Shown: positions 26,206 to 40,367, numbered from the stretch's first letter. The stretch is 64,000 bases of DNA from Octopus vulgaris (GCA_951406725.2 OX597835.1:24552001-24616000), one strand, 5' to 3'. The notes: generated by a model not told the origin, from the letters alone. Made by a program: numbers and translations.

Positions 26206-26667
26206 ATATTCTTCATTGTCCATGACTTCTTGCTGACGTTCCAAAAGCTTGTCAATATCTTGACAGTAAAAATCTACGGGTTTGACGAGGGTTTGTCAAA
26301 AGAGGGTTTGACGAGTGTTTGCATGTGTGCAAGCGTGTAAGTGTGTGTGTGTGTGTGTACGTTAGTGTGTGTGTACGTGTGTGTGTGGAGATAGATAATT
26401 TACTGGCCCGTTATTGGTTGGATTAAGAAGAACAAAAAGGAAAATAATCGATCTGTTATTAGTTTCATGCTATGAAAACTAACGTCAACCTCGTTATGCT
26501 GTGTTTTTATTTTGATATTTCTATGGCGCACAATTCCCAGAAATGTGAACTTATTTCGTCTCATCGAGTTATTTTACTAAATCAAAACATGGAGATGTTA
26601 TTCTCGTTGCACGTATGAAAATTTGTAATAATCTATAATATGTGGGTCTGTGTATGTATGTGTGTGC

Positions 26668-26718
<51 letters not shown>

Positions 26719-27425
26719 ACAGTTTGTGACTTAAATTTGCATTACTCAGAGCTTCAGAGACGTAAAAGACACACCTGTTAGTTCAACAGAATTTTATGTA
26801 GCACGGCTGTTATCAAGTACTCTCGCCGTTTTCAGAAAGAATCATCCGAGTGATTCAGACATTCTGCTATATCAATATTCATATTTCCCTGTGAAATTCT
26901 CTTCTCTTGAAAACGCTGTACATCGAGAGACATTGTATTAGGATAGCGACCTCTGTATTACATTAAATGATAGGAAGTCATATTGAAAGCATGGCACATT
27001 TTTTCTGATCCGCCATGCACTTAACTGCCGCCTTTGTCTCTCTGAGAAACTTTACATTGCGTAGCAGCCTGCTGTACTACTATATACAGAAAAATGAAAA
27101 GTCACAAACTGGACGCTTGTATATACATACACATGTGTGAGCGTGTGTATATGTGTGAGTGAGTGTGTGTGTCTGCGTGCGTGCGTGTGCTTATCATCTC
27201 CCATCGTTTACAGCCAGTGTTGGTTTGTTTATGTCCCCATTGCGCATCGGCAAGACAAGAAGATAGAATAAGCACTAAGCATTTTTTTTTTTGTTTTTGT
27301 TAAAGGAACTAGGCCGATTCGTTCGTCTGAAACCCTTTCATGGCCGCAGTTCAATAACTGAAACATGTAAAAAATAAAAGATAAAGGTATTTCGTTTTGC
27401 ATAATATTTGTAGATACGCACCCCC

Positions 27426-27465
<40 letters not shown>

Positions 27466-27510
27466 CACATACACACATAAACACACACGTGTATACAGAA
27501 AGAAAAAGAT

Positions 27511-27700
<190 letters not shown>

Positions 27701-28310
27701 ACATACATACATACAAACATATATATATACACATACATAAATACATGCATGCACACATACATACACATGATTTTACAAATGGCAACAATATGTTAGCAAA
27801 TAAACTGTATATCCACATATATATATATGTATGTGCATGAGACTGCGTTGCACCGCATGTGTGTATGTGTTCGTGTTGTTTGTGCGTGTCTATTAGTGTG
27901 TGTGCGTGTTGTGTCTGTCTCTGTCTGCTTGCGAGCAAATTAGCTAGTTATAAAATCTCAAATATATATATATATAATGATGAAGGGATGTATGTATATC
28001 CGTTGCCATATCTATGCGTGCATGTATACATAAGCATGGATATTGCGTATATATGTTCATATGGCTGTATTTTCGTATATGTGAATAGCTGTATGATGTC
28101 TGTCACTACACAGAAAGAAAAAAACAACTTAAATACCTCTTCCTTTTCCTCTCCACTCCGTACCCCCCCTTCCCTAGCCTCGTATAACTGCTGTCGAGGG
28201 GGTAAGCAAAGGGCACACTTCCAATTTGTGCGGCGAAACAATCTGTTTCCGGTGTCAAAGTTCAACTGCTTGTTTATTGTGTCTCAATTCTCCGGGCATC
28301 GTTTTGCTGA

Positions 28311-28390
28311 CGTTCGGCATCGTTCGGCGTCACTTAGCGTCGTTCGGAGTCACTCGGCGTTACTCGGCGTCACTCGGCGTCGTTTGGACG
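28311..28390. repeat. CpG-rich 10-bp minisatellite (c[ga][tc]tcggcgt) x8
   Basis: cgttcggcat cgttcggcgt cacttagcgt cgttcggagt cactcggcgt tactcggcgt cactcggcgt cgtttggacg. Confidence 0.9.
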
Positions 28391-28610
28391 TCAGACAGTC
28401 AGAGAGACAATCGCTTCTGATGATGCGTGCTTATACAGTTTTAATTAAACAGTAGCAGTACTGTAGTCTGATTGTAAAGGTGAGAAGGAGAGAGGGAGAG
28501 AGAGACAGAGAGAGAGAGAAAGACAGACAGACAGAATGAATGAACATGGGATAAAAAGTGACAGTGTACACGCATACATGAATGGGTATGTCAGTCTATG
28601 TGTGTGTTTC

Positions 28611-28641
<31 letters not shown>

Positions 28642-28715
28642 GAGAGGGAAAGAGAGATAGAAGGGAAAAACAGATAGTATGGGATGGGTAAAGACAGCGT
28701 AAATGTGTGTATGTA

Positions 28716-29118
28716 TACTCTTTTACTCTTTTACTTGTTTCAGTCATTTGACTGCGGCCATGCTGGAGCACCGCCTTTAGTCGAGCAACTCGACCCCGGG
28801 ACTTATTCTTTATAAGCCCAGTACTTATTCTATCGGTCTCTTTTGCCGAACCGCTAAGTGACGGGGACGTAAACACACCAGCATCGGTTGTCAAGCAATG
28901 CTAGGGGAACAAACACAGACACACAAACACATACACATACATATATATATACATATATACGACAGGCTTCTTTCAGTTTCCGTCTACCAAATCCACTCAC
29001 AAGACATTGGTCGGCCCGGGGCTATAGCAGAAGACACTTGCCCGCGATGCCACGCAGTGGGACTGAACCCGGAACCATGTGGTTGGTTAGCAAGCTACTT
29101 ACCACACAGCCACTCCTG
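28716..29118 (-). mobile_element. SINE family A, full length
   Basis: tRNA-like head, internal TA/GT microsatellite, (gtaaaaga)n tail. Confidence 0.92.
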
Positions 29119-29377
29119 TGTATTTTGTATTTACGTATATGTGCATGAGAGACAAAGAGAAAGAGAGAGAGAGAGGAACAGAGAAAGGAAGGGAGAAAGC
29201 AAGAGAGAGAGAGAGATCATATCGCTGACATACTGAGTTGGGCAGGCGGCTTTACATGGTCACAGTCCTAACTAGAAATAGCAGTTGAATCTTTACAACT
29301 CACACCTTGCAGTCTTAAAGAGAAAAAAAATATTGCAAATGTGTAGCCTTAAATATATATATAGAGAGAGAGTGGTT

Positions 29378-29632
29378 GTATACTGTCAACTTAACGTGAC
29401 AGTCCCGTAAAGGGAATTACACCACCGCTATTTAGCCCTAGGAAGCATCGACGCTTCCTGTCGGCCTTGACACATTTCCTGTGTCCTTATATATTTTCGA
29501 ATGAGAGACAAACACTCCCAACAGCTAGGCCTGCATCTAGAGACATGCATGTTTCTGGGTCTTGCCCATCATCAGTCTAGAGTAGCAAGGCCTGCTAGCT
29601 GAAGATATCTGTCTAGACTTCGTAAATATATA
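29378..29632 (-). mobile_element. ~250-nt structured HHR-bearing element (retrozyme monomer or Penelope pLTR-like)
   Basis: Hairpins actgtca/tgacagt, aggaagc/gcttcct, gacac/gtgtc plus a canonical HHR; no ORF; TA-rich edges. Confidence 0.6.
29522..29601 (-). ncRNA. Canonical type I hammerhead ribozyme
   Basis: tctaga-CTGATGA-tggg(caaga)ccca-GAAA-catgcatg-TC-tctaga; stem I extends through aggcct and cagct/agctg; predicted GUC cleavage between 29542 and 29541. Confidence 0.92.
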
Positions 29633-29636
29633 CTCT

Positions 29637-30013
29637 CTCTTTACTCTTTTACTTGTTTCAGTCATTTGACTGCGGCCATGCTGGAGCACCGGGACTTATT
29701 CTTTTTGTAAGCCCAGTACTTATTCTATCGGTCTCTTTTGCCGAAACGCTAAGTAACGGGGACATAAACACACCAGCATCGGTTGTCAAGCAATGCTAGG
29801 GGGACAAACACAGACACAGACACACACGCATACATACATATATACATATATACGACGGGCTTCTTTCAGTTTCCGTCTACCAAATCCACTCACAAGGCTT
29901 TAGTCGGCCCGGGGCTATAGTAGAAGACACTTGCCCAAGATGCCACGCAGTGGGACTGATCCCAGAACCATGTGGTTGGTTAGCAAGCTACTTACCACAC
30001 AGCCACTCCTGCG

Positions 30014-30015
<2 letters not shown>
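29637..30015 (-). mobile_element. SINE family A
   Basis: Near-identical to 28716-29118 with a small deletion. Confidence 0.92.
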
Positions 30016-30112
<97 letters not shown>

Positions 30113-30211
30113 GAAAAGAGTAAGAGGTCAGGGCCAAGGCGTATGGGAAAGATGTTCAGGGGGTATATCGTTCTGGAGCCTGTACAGTTTTTAAGCATGA
30201 GAGTATTGTGA

Positions 30212-30350
30212 CAGGGGTCCCCAACCAACGGGCCGCGGACCAGTACCTACTAGGCCGTGGAGCATTTGGTACCGAGCCAGAAAGAAACCATAAAATTTTA
30301 AGATTTTATTTCTATTTATTAACTTCAATTAAAAAAAAAAACATACTCAG
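30212..30350. mobile_element. hAT-Charlie-like terminal fragment
   Basis: CAGGGGTCCCCAACC..GGGCCGCGGACC.GTACC terminus. Confidence 0.6.
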
Positions 30351-30358
30351 ACACAAAC

Positions 30359-30389
<31 letters not shown>

Positions 30390-30434
30390 CATACATACAT
30401 ACATACATACATACATACATACATACATACATTT

Positions 30435-30797
30435 TGATGGCTGCCCCATCGTTATCGAGTATGGCCATTGCACGAAGCTTAACTGTTACTGGTGCTGTGA
30501 TCGAATGTGACTTTTTAGCCCAGCTGAAGATCTACAATGTCTTGTACAGAATTGGCAACTAAAACCTTCACCGGTAATAGCCGGCTGTAGTAGTAACTGG
30601 GCTTCATGTAACTTTGCATGTCGTTTAAGTCTTGCTGCCGAATTACACTCTCTTCCACATGTCCGACAGATATGATTAGTATGGTGTGTTACACCACCAC
30701 CAGTGGCCAGGTTGTCACTCATCCGTCTTGCTTTATGACTACGAAGATGACGCTTGAGTCCAGCTTTACTGAGGCAGGGTCTTGCACTGACAGTGCG
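30435..30797 (-). mobile_element. RTE-clade LINE 3' end encoding three C2H2 zinc fingers
   Basis: ..LKRHLRSH..CRTCGREC..LKRHAKLH..CQFCTRHC..LKSHIRSQH-stop, short UTR ggccatactcgataacgatggggcagcc, (TATG)n tail. Confidence 0.75.
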
Positions 30798-30804
30798 TGT
30801 ATGT

Positions 30805-30924
30805 ATGTCATTATTCAGTTTTATTTCAAGATTTCTTGCCAACAGAGAAAGAACCGGTTTCTAACCTAGTTCCAAGGCTCCTACATTGGAATTTCAACAT
30901 CAACAACAGGGTATTTTTGTTGTT
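30805..30924 (-). mobile_element. UTR-only 3' end of a (CATA)n-associated RLE LINE
   Basis: Similar to the UTR at 57548-57650; ends aaataaaactgaataatga-(cata)n. Confidence 0.7.
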
Positions 30925-31656
30925 ATGTATGTATGCATGCATGCATGTATGCATGTATGTATGTATGTATGTATGTGTGTATGTATGTATGTGTGTATGT
31001 ATGTATGTATGTGTGTATGTATGTATGTATGTATGCATGCATGCATGTATGTATGTATGTATGTATGTGTGTATGTATGTATGTGTGTATGTATGTATGT
31101 ATGTATGTATGTATGTGTGTATGTATGTATGTGTGTATGTATGTATGTATGTGTGTATGTATGTATGTATGCATGCATGCATGTATGTATGTATGTATGT
31201 ATGTGTGTATGTATGTATGTGTGTATGTATGTATGTGTGTATGTATGTATGTATGTATGTGTGTATGTATGTATGTGTGTATGTATGTATGTGTGTATGT
31301 ATGTATGTATGTATGCATGCATGCATGTATGTATGTATGTATGTATGTGTGTATGTATGTATGTGTGTATGTATGTATGTGTGTATGTGTGTATGTATGT
31401 ATGTGTGTATGTATGTATGTGTGTATGTATGTATGTATGCATGCATGTATGCATGCATGTATGTATGTATGTGTGTATGTATGTATGTATCTATGAATGT
31501 ATGTATGTATGTGTGTATGTATGTATGTATGTATGTATATATGTATGTATGTATGTATGTATGTGTGTATGTATGTATGTATGTATGTATGTATGTATGT
31601 ATGTATGTATGTATGTATGTATGTATGTATGTATGTGTGTATGTATGTATGTATGT
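30925..31656. repeat. (TATG)n compound microsatellite, 730 bp
   Basis: Read directly. Confidence 0.98.
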
Positions 31657-32112
31657 ACGTTTTGTTTTAGCTGTTTTCATTTTGTTCTCTGGTTGTGTTG
31701 ATGTTTCTAGTAACTCTGCTTGAGAAATTTATCAATGAATATAAAATAAAACTGAATAATGACATACATACACCCATACATACATACGTACGTACATGCA
31801 TGCATACGTCGTGCGTGCATGCGTGCGTGCATGCATGCATACATACATATATGCATGCATGCATACGCAATACACAGATACATACATACATGCACACATA
31901 CATACATGCATGAATACATACACAAATACACACATAAACATATGCATATACACACATACACATAAATACACACATAAATACATACACACATACATATACA
32001 CATATACATACACACATACATGCACAGATACATACACAAACATACACATAAATACACGCGCACATACATACATACACACACGCACACATCCACACACACA
32101 TACATACATTAA

Positions 32113-32265
32113 CTGGCACGCCGTCGTTTACGACGACGCGGGTTCCAGTTGCTCCGATCAACGGAACAGCCTGCTCGGGAAATTAACGAGCAAGTGCTTG
32201 AGCACTCCACAGACACGCGTACCCTTAACGCAGTTCTCAGGGAGATTCAGCGAGACACAGAATGT
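32113..32265 (-). mobile_element. SINE D-type tail fragment
   Basis: gatcaacggaacagcctgctcg..gagcactccacagacacg. Confidence 0.85.
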
Positions 32266-32296
32266 GTATGTGTGTGCGTGTGTGAGTGTGTGTGTA

Positions 32297-32336
<40 letters not shown>

Positions 32337-32546
32337 CGTGCGTGTGTGTGTTGGTGAGTCAGGAATCCATCATCCCGATAAAGGCCTCCTTCCAACCTTG
32401 GAAGAGCGTTTTTCATATTTACTGTTCTTATTGTTTAAGTGATAAATCCTTTGACGTAGACAATCGGTTTTAAACCAAGACGAAATACTTATAGATGCAG
32501 CACTTCTGATGATATGTCTAATCGGTATAGCTTATCAAGAAAGGCC

Positions 32547-32605
32547 GAGCTTTTTCTCGATTCTATGAGTAATGGAGCATGGCCGTTCTTATTGGAGTGA
32601 TAGTT
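32547..32605 (+). pseudogene. Short decayed 18S rRNA-like fragment
   Basis: gagctttttctcgattctatgagtaatggagcatggccgttctta resembles the conserved 18S segment (recalled) AGCTCTTTCTCGATTC..GGTGGTGCATGGCCGTTCTTAG. Confidence 0.6.
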
Positions 32606-32883
32606 CTACTTTATCTGAGTAACAAATATAATAGATTCGCAGTCTTGTGAGAACGTCCAACAAAATTCTATAACAGACGCCATCCTCAACCACTTCTTAC
32701 TTCCCAAATAACAGTTATATTTTCAGCCAATGACACATTTTTTTGGTTTCATTTTATCCAATCATTGCTGGTTACGATTTTCAAAAAATTTTCACTTTTT
32801 TTTTTCTTTAATATACATCAAATTTCAAATCCGATTTTCCCTACTCGTCCGAACATCAACTTCCTATTTCTCTCATTTTTATC

Positions 32884-32982
<99 letters not shown>

Positions 32983-33067
32983 TCATATAAATACATATAT
33001 ATGAGTGCGTATGCATATATGTATATATATTACATCTGTGTGTACGTACTACGCATGAGTGTGTGTG

Positions 33068-33208
<141 letters not shown>

Positions 33209-33389
33209 CAGATGTCGTAAGTGCCATAAAGATGAGTTATATGACCTACAAAGTCCTTGACATACAAATTCATACTTGCATACATATCACACTGCTGTGT
33301 TTGGTAACCGTCGTGTATGAATATGTGTGTGTGTGTGTGTGTGTCCCGTGCGTGTGTGCTTACACACACGCGCGCGCGCATATACTTAC

Positions 33390-33424
<35 letters not shown>

Positions 33425-33657
33425 TGTATCCGACACTTTATCTAGTTGACATATGGTTTACTGATCCTAATAACTCAAAAGACTGTCTTCGTTCCCCTCC
33501 AGCTGCCTCCAACCATTCTTCATAACTCTAAGCCTTCTGCTATTGTTCAAAGAAAAATGATGAGAAGAAAAACAACGAAAACACTTAGCAGAATGCGAAA
33601 TTATGGAAGGGAGGGAGGAAGACCGCGCGGGTGGGTGGAGTGGGAGGAGTATACAGA

Positions 33658-33772
<115 letters not shown>

Positions 33773-34214
33773 CAGACGAGGAAGCCATCTTTGAAACACA
33801 CTACCATGCAAAAATATTTACAATAATAAAATATTAATACACAGATTACATAAATATATGTGTGCATACATACATACATAGATGTGTGTGTGTGTGTATG
33901 TCTGTGTGTGTGTGTATGTATGTGTGTGTGTGTATGTGTGTGTGTGTGTGTGTGTGTGTAATAAATCCTTGCGAACATGCATAGGAACCTTAGAAATATA
34001 AGGAAAATAAAAAGAAGTTTAACTAGCCCAACGTGATAAAGACAGCTGCATAGTTTAATGTTATATATTGCCCGTAAGATAGTGTCGAATATCAAGTAAG
34101 TTTAATAATCGCGATTAACGATCAAATGATAAATGACTGTGTTTATTTATAATGCTCCCGCCATTCCCATCCACCCAACGCATATATTCATTTATGCATA
34201 TATACATATCTATA

Positions 34215-34287
<73 letters not shown>

Positions 34288-34292
34288 GTATG

Positions 34293-34454
<162 letters not shown>

Positions 34455-34797
34455 ATCTATGTATGAATAATAACGTAATTCTACAAAATTGTAATGCAGG
34501 TATCAAAGAAACAGAAAAAAAGAAAGAAAGAAAGAAAGTGAGAAATAAATGAATAAAGAAAGAAAGAAAGAAAGAAGAAATGAAAGATAAGAAGGAAGAC
34601 AGAAAGAAAGAAGGGAAAAAAAGAAAGAAAGAAATGAAGGAAATATTACACTAATCAAAAATACACGGTCGTGGTTTATGGCGGATTTGTGCGACATCTT
34701 GTCAGCTGTATAGCATTGCATCCTTTAGATTTTACCTTTGGTGTTTCACCAACGAATAGTTACACATCCTTGCATGCGAAGATGAACACACACACAA

Positions 34798-34829
<32 letters not shown>

Positions 34830-34983
34830 TCGCGCGCTTTATATATACTTAGTATAAATTTCGATGAGATGTATGAAAACGCTTTAAAACACAATTAGCC
34901 GTCACTTATGAAAGCAAGATGGGAACAAAACCTGTACAATGCTTATTTGAATAAATCTTTTTAAATTACACACCTCATGCACG

Positions 34984-35041
<58 letters not shown>

Positions 35042-35315
35042 ATGCATATATACATACATACACAAATTCATATGGGTGTATTTTATATTGTTTCATTGTT
35101 TTACTGTTTCGTTCATTTTGGCTGTGGCCATACTGGAGCACTGCTTTTTTGTCAAAGAAATTGACACCTGGGTTTATTCTTTGTAAGCCAAGTATTTTTC
35201 TCTCGGTCTCTTGTGCCGAACCGCTATATAATTCTTGGGGGTAAATTGGAGAATGGCGATCAGTGATGTAGGGGTATTTGAGAGAAGTTGTAGTAGGAGT
35301 GTAGAATCGATCATT

Positions 35316-35527
35316 TGAGCAGGATTGGCTACCCGAGCTGAAGAAAATTCTAACTGGGCCCCACCTGCAAGGTCATATCTTGATATGAGATCACTATGTC
35401 GCGCAAATATGGTTGTGATGCATGTGCTTGGTGTACCGTTATCAGACGAGTAGTCATAATGGATATATTGGGCTTCATATATTTACCCCAGTGATACTTT
35501 GATGGCATGAACTGCTCCCTCACTCAA
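35316..35527 (+). mobile_element. Truncated copy of the 557-bp (TAA)n-flanked element
   Basis: Matches about 37213-37434; ends cactc-(aat)n. Confidence 0.85.
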
Positions 35528-35563
35528 TAATAATACTACTACTAATAATAATAATAATAATAA

Positions 35564-36073
35564 TGCAACAAGTACGGACTTGACAGAGCAAAATATTGGT
35601 ATGACCACAAACCCGAAGGCATCGTCGAAAAAAATGCAAAGATCCTATGGGATTTTATGATTCAGCGCGACCATGAGATAGAGAATAGGACGCCAGACAT
35701 AATGTTAATTGAGAAAGAAAACAAATTATGCTGGATCATAGAAAACAAATTATCCTGGATCATAGGTATGCGATAAGGAAGAAAGAAAAGTCGAGAGATA
35801 TGACATGTTAGCTTGGGAAGTTAAGCAGTTGTGGTCGATGAAAAAGGTAGCAGTAGTACCAATAATTGTCGGAGCTCTGGAAACAGTGAGCCACAATCTC
35901 GAGAGGTACATAGAACAAATAGGGGCTGCAATAAGTGGGGAGCACTTGCAGAAAACAGCACTGCTTGAAACCGCCCGAATACTCCAGAAGGTACTCGAAA
36001 TATAAGTGTTACCTTAGTTCGCTGGTAGTGGACAGCTGATACTGCAGTACATCTCCAGCGTTAGAAGCTGTGC
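35564..36073 (+). mobile_element. Dong/R4-clade LINE 3' fragment (RLE domain) inserted in (TAA)n
   Basis: WYDHKPEG..KILWDF..RTPDIMLI..KVERY..VVPIIVGAL..LQKTALLETARIL; (TAA)n on both sides. Confidence 0.92.
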
Positions 36074-36074
36074 A

Positions 36075-36848
<774 letters not shown>

Positions 36849-36877
36849 CATAATAATAATAATAATAATAATAATAA

Positions 36878-37432
36878 ATGCCCTGATGCAGTACCAGGCA
36901 GTGGCTCTCATGGCTTCTGATCTTAACTGATTGGAAGTGTTATCATGTACATTGTTTTGTCTTGGTATAAAAGATGGGCTACAGCAAATATTCTGCTCAA
37001 TACCACAGATTTGCTTGTCAGTTGTTTGACCTTAACCAGTTGAGCATGTCCCTCAGTGGTTGATGAAAATGCATCTCTGATCACGAGCAGAAGTAGTGGG
37101 GGAGCATCATAGCCATGTGTTGAGAGGGATTCTTTGGGGTTTGATTAATTCACCTCTGGAAACATGGGTGGTTCTTTCAACATCCTTAAACAACCCTTAC
37201 TCAGGGACCGTTTAAGCAGGATGGGCTACTCAACCTGAAGAAAATTCTAACTGGGCCCCACCTGCAAGGTCATGTGCTGTTTATCTTGATATGAGATCAC
37301 CATGTCGCGCACATATGGTTGTGATGCATGTGCCTGGTGTACCCTTATCAGACGGGTAGTCATGATGGGTATATTGGGCTTCGTATATTTTACCCCGGTG
37401 TCACTTTGATGGCATGAACTGCTCTCTCACTC

Positions 37433-37434
<2 letters not shown>
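36878..37434 (+). mobile_element. 557-bp non-coding interspersed repeat embedded in (TAA)n
   Basis: Partial copies at 35316-35527 and 46568-46685; no tRNA head or ORF recognised. Confidence 0.8.
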
Positions 37435-37485
<51 letters not shown>

Positions 37486-37491
37486 TAATAA

Positions 37492-37830
37492 TGGTTTCAA
37501 AATTTGCCACAAGGGTAGCAATTTTGGGGAAGGGGATGAGTCGTTTATATCGACCCCAGTGTTCAACTGGTACTTAATTTATCGACCCCGAGAGGATGAA
37601 AGGCAAAGCTGCACTCGGCGAGGTTTGAACTCAGAACAAATTGCTGCTGAGCCTTATGTCTGCCAGCTAATAATGATTTCAAATTTTGGCACAAAGCCAG
37701 CAACTTCGTGGGAGTGGGTATTCTAATTACATCAACTGGTACTTATTTTATCGACTCCACTTCAGGTCAACTTCGCCTTTCATCGTTTCGATGACTGGTG
37801 AAGTCAGCCTCGGCGAAATTTGAACTCAGA
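37492..37830 (-). mobile_element. Two SINE B fragments
   Basis: Core motifs, adjoining (TAA)n. Confidence 0.75.
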
Positions 37831-37844
37831 AAGTCAAGAGACAT

Positions 37845-38258
37845 AGGAGCAGGAGTGGCTGTGTGGTAAGTAGCTTGCTTACCAACTTCATGGTTCCGGG
37901 TTCAGTCCCACTGCGTGGCACCTTGGGCAAGTGTCTTCTACTATAGCCTCGGGCCGACCAAAGCCTTGTGAGTGGATTTGGTAGACGGAAACTGAAAGAA
38001 GCTCGTCGTATATATGTATATATATATATGCGTGTGTGTGTTTGTGTGTCTGTGTTTGTCCCCCTAGCATTGCTTGACAACCGATGTTGGTGTGTTTATG
38101 TCCCCGTCACTTAGCGGTTCGGCAAAAGAGGCCGATAGAATAAGTACTGGGCTTACAAAAAATAATAAGTCCCGGGGTCGAGTTGCTCGATTAAAGGCGG
38201 TGCTCCAGCATGGCCGCAGTCAAATGACTGAAACGAGAAAAGAGTAAAAGAGTAAAGA
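37845..38258 (+). mobile_element. SINE family A, full length
   Basis: Head caggagtggctgtgtggtaag..ccgggttcagtccc; tail gtaaaagagtaaa. Confidence 0.92.
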
Positions 38259-38322
38259 GAGACAGGAAAATAAAAAAAATGCCGCTAAGCATTTTGTTCG
38301 ATGCACTAACGAATATTCCATC

Positions 38323-38366
<44 letters not shown>

Positions 38367-38603
38367 GTTTGTTATGATTACAATAACAAAAACCACACAT
38401 ACACACACACGCGTACACACATGTACACACACGTACACATACATACAAATACATAGACATACACACACACACACACACAACACGCAAACATACATGCACT
38501 CTAAATTTCACCACGTTGTTACAAATATGCACATTAACATTTTTTGCATATAGATTTTTATAAGTATTATGGATATATGGAAGTAATGTATACATACATG
38601 CAA

Positions 38604-38635
<32 letters not shown>

Positions 38636-38840
38636 CTGTGTGTGTTTTTATGGTATGTAATAGTGATATTCTATATAGCTGGTCTTTTAAACGAAAATGA
38701 GATTCTGTTATGTTAATTAAATTAAAGGCCTTCCACCGAAACCCTTGAAAAATATACTGTTTACCTTTTGGCATTAATCATCGGTAACGGGACCTTGCTT
38801 GCTAGTTGCAGGGGGCTGTGCCTGGTTGGATATATATGTG

Positions 38841-38888
<48 letters not shown>

Positions 38889-39068
38889 TGTGTGTGTGTG
38901 TATGTATATATGCGTGTAAACAGACGCACATACCCAGACACACGCACACACGGTCTGGTGATGAAGCGTGCTCGGCAAAACTTCAAAGCCATAGTCAACT
39001 TTTTTAAATAAGCATGTGTGTGTATAGTGTATGTATATATGTAGATGTATCTCTACCTTATGTGTGTG

Positions 39069-39186
<118 letters not shown>

Positions 39187-39335
39187 GGTGGCTCCCTGCT
39201 TCGTCTTTTTATCTTAACCAAGGGAGGGGATTGATAAAGAAATGAAAAATATGTACATAGATGTTGATTAATACAATTATACTCTCCTCCAAACTATGTA
39301 TCGCTGTTGTAAAACATTATTATTATAATTGGTTA

Positions 39336-39785
39336 AGGCGGCGAGCTGGTAGAATCGTTGGCTCGCCGGGCAAAGTGTTTAGCGGGATTTCGTCTATCGC
39401 TACGTTCTAAGTTCAAACTCCGCCGAGGTCGATTTTTTACCTTTCATACTTTCGGGGTCAATAAAAACAAGTACCAGTTGAACACTGGAGTCGATGTAAT
39501 CGACTTGTCCCCCTCCCCCCAAAAAGCTGCCCTTATGGAAAAATTTGAATCCGTTATTACCATAATTGGTGTAAGATTATAAAATAGTAGAATCGCTTGC
39601 ACGTCAGAAAAAAAGAATAAATATCCGGAATTTCTTACGGGTCGCTTAGGTCCAGAGTTCAAATTACTCCGAGGTTTACTTTACCTTTCATAAAATAAGT
39701 ACCAGTTGACTAATGGGAGTCGATACAATCAACGTACTCCCTCCCCCTAAAATTGCTGGCCTTGTGCCAAAATTTGGAACCACTA
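39336..39785 (+). mobile_element. Two tandem diverged SINE B copies
   Basis: 39336-39560 and 39585-39785. Confidence 0.8.
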
Positions 39786-40002
39786 CTGTGATTACGATTC
39801 ACTATCGCAGACTACTGTTACCTGGAGGTTTGGTAACAAGTCTCCCCCAAAATCTTTCTTAGGCTGACAACAGGTCTCCTGAGAATCTTTCTTAAGGTTT
39901 TCGCACGTTAGAGAACGGCACTTATTTGCTGGTCGAGAAAGCGTGTCTCAATTCCAATAATTTTTCAGCCTCTTCGATAATTAACAGTTCGTGTGGATGG
40001 AA

Positions 40003-40367
40003 GCACCCCGTCGGTTACGACGACGAGGGTTCCGGTTGATCCGAATCAACGGAACAGCCTGCTCGTGAAATTAACGTGTAAGTGGCTGAGCACTCCACAG
40101 ACACGTGTACCCTTAACGTAGTTCTCGGGGATATTCAGCGTGACACTGAGAGTGACAAGGCCGGCCCTTTGAAATACAGGTACAACAGAAACAGGACGTA
40201 AGAGTGAGAGAAAGTTGTGGTGAAAGAGTACAGCAGGGATCACCACCATCCCCTGCCGGAGCCTCGTGGAGCTTTAGGTGTTTTCGCTCAATAAACACTC
40301 ACAACGCCCGGTCTTTGAATCGAAACCGCGAGTCCGCTGCGCTAACCACTAGGGCCATTGCGCCTCC
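40003..40367 (-). mobile_element. SINE family D, full length
   Basis: 12-bp TSD aacagttcgtgt on both sides. Confidence 0.93.

Noticed and set aside
30486-30842. Host C2H2 zinc-finger gene
   Set aside because: Start lies in a different repeat, no splice context, followed by an RTE-like UTR and tandem tail
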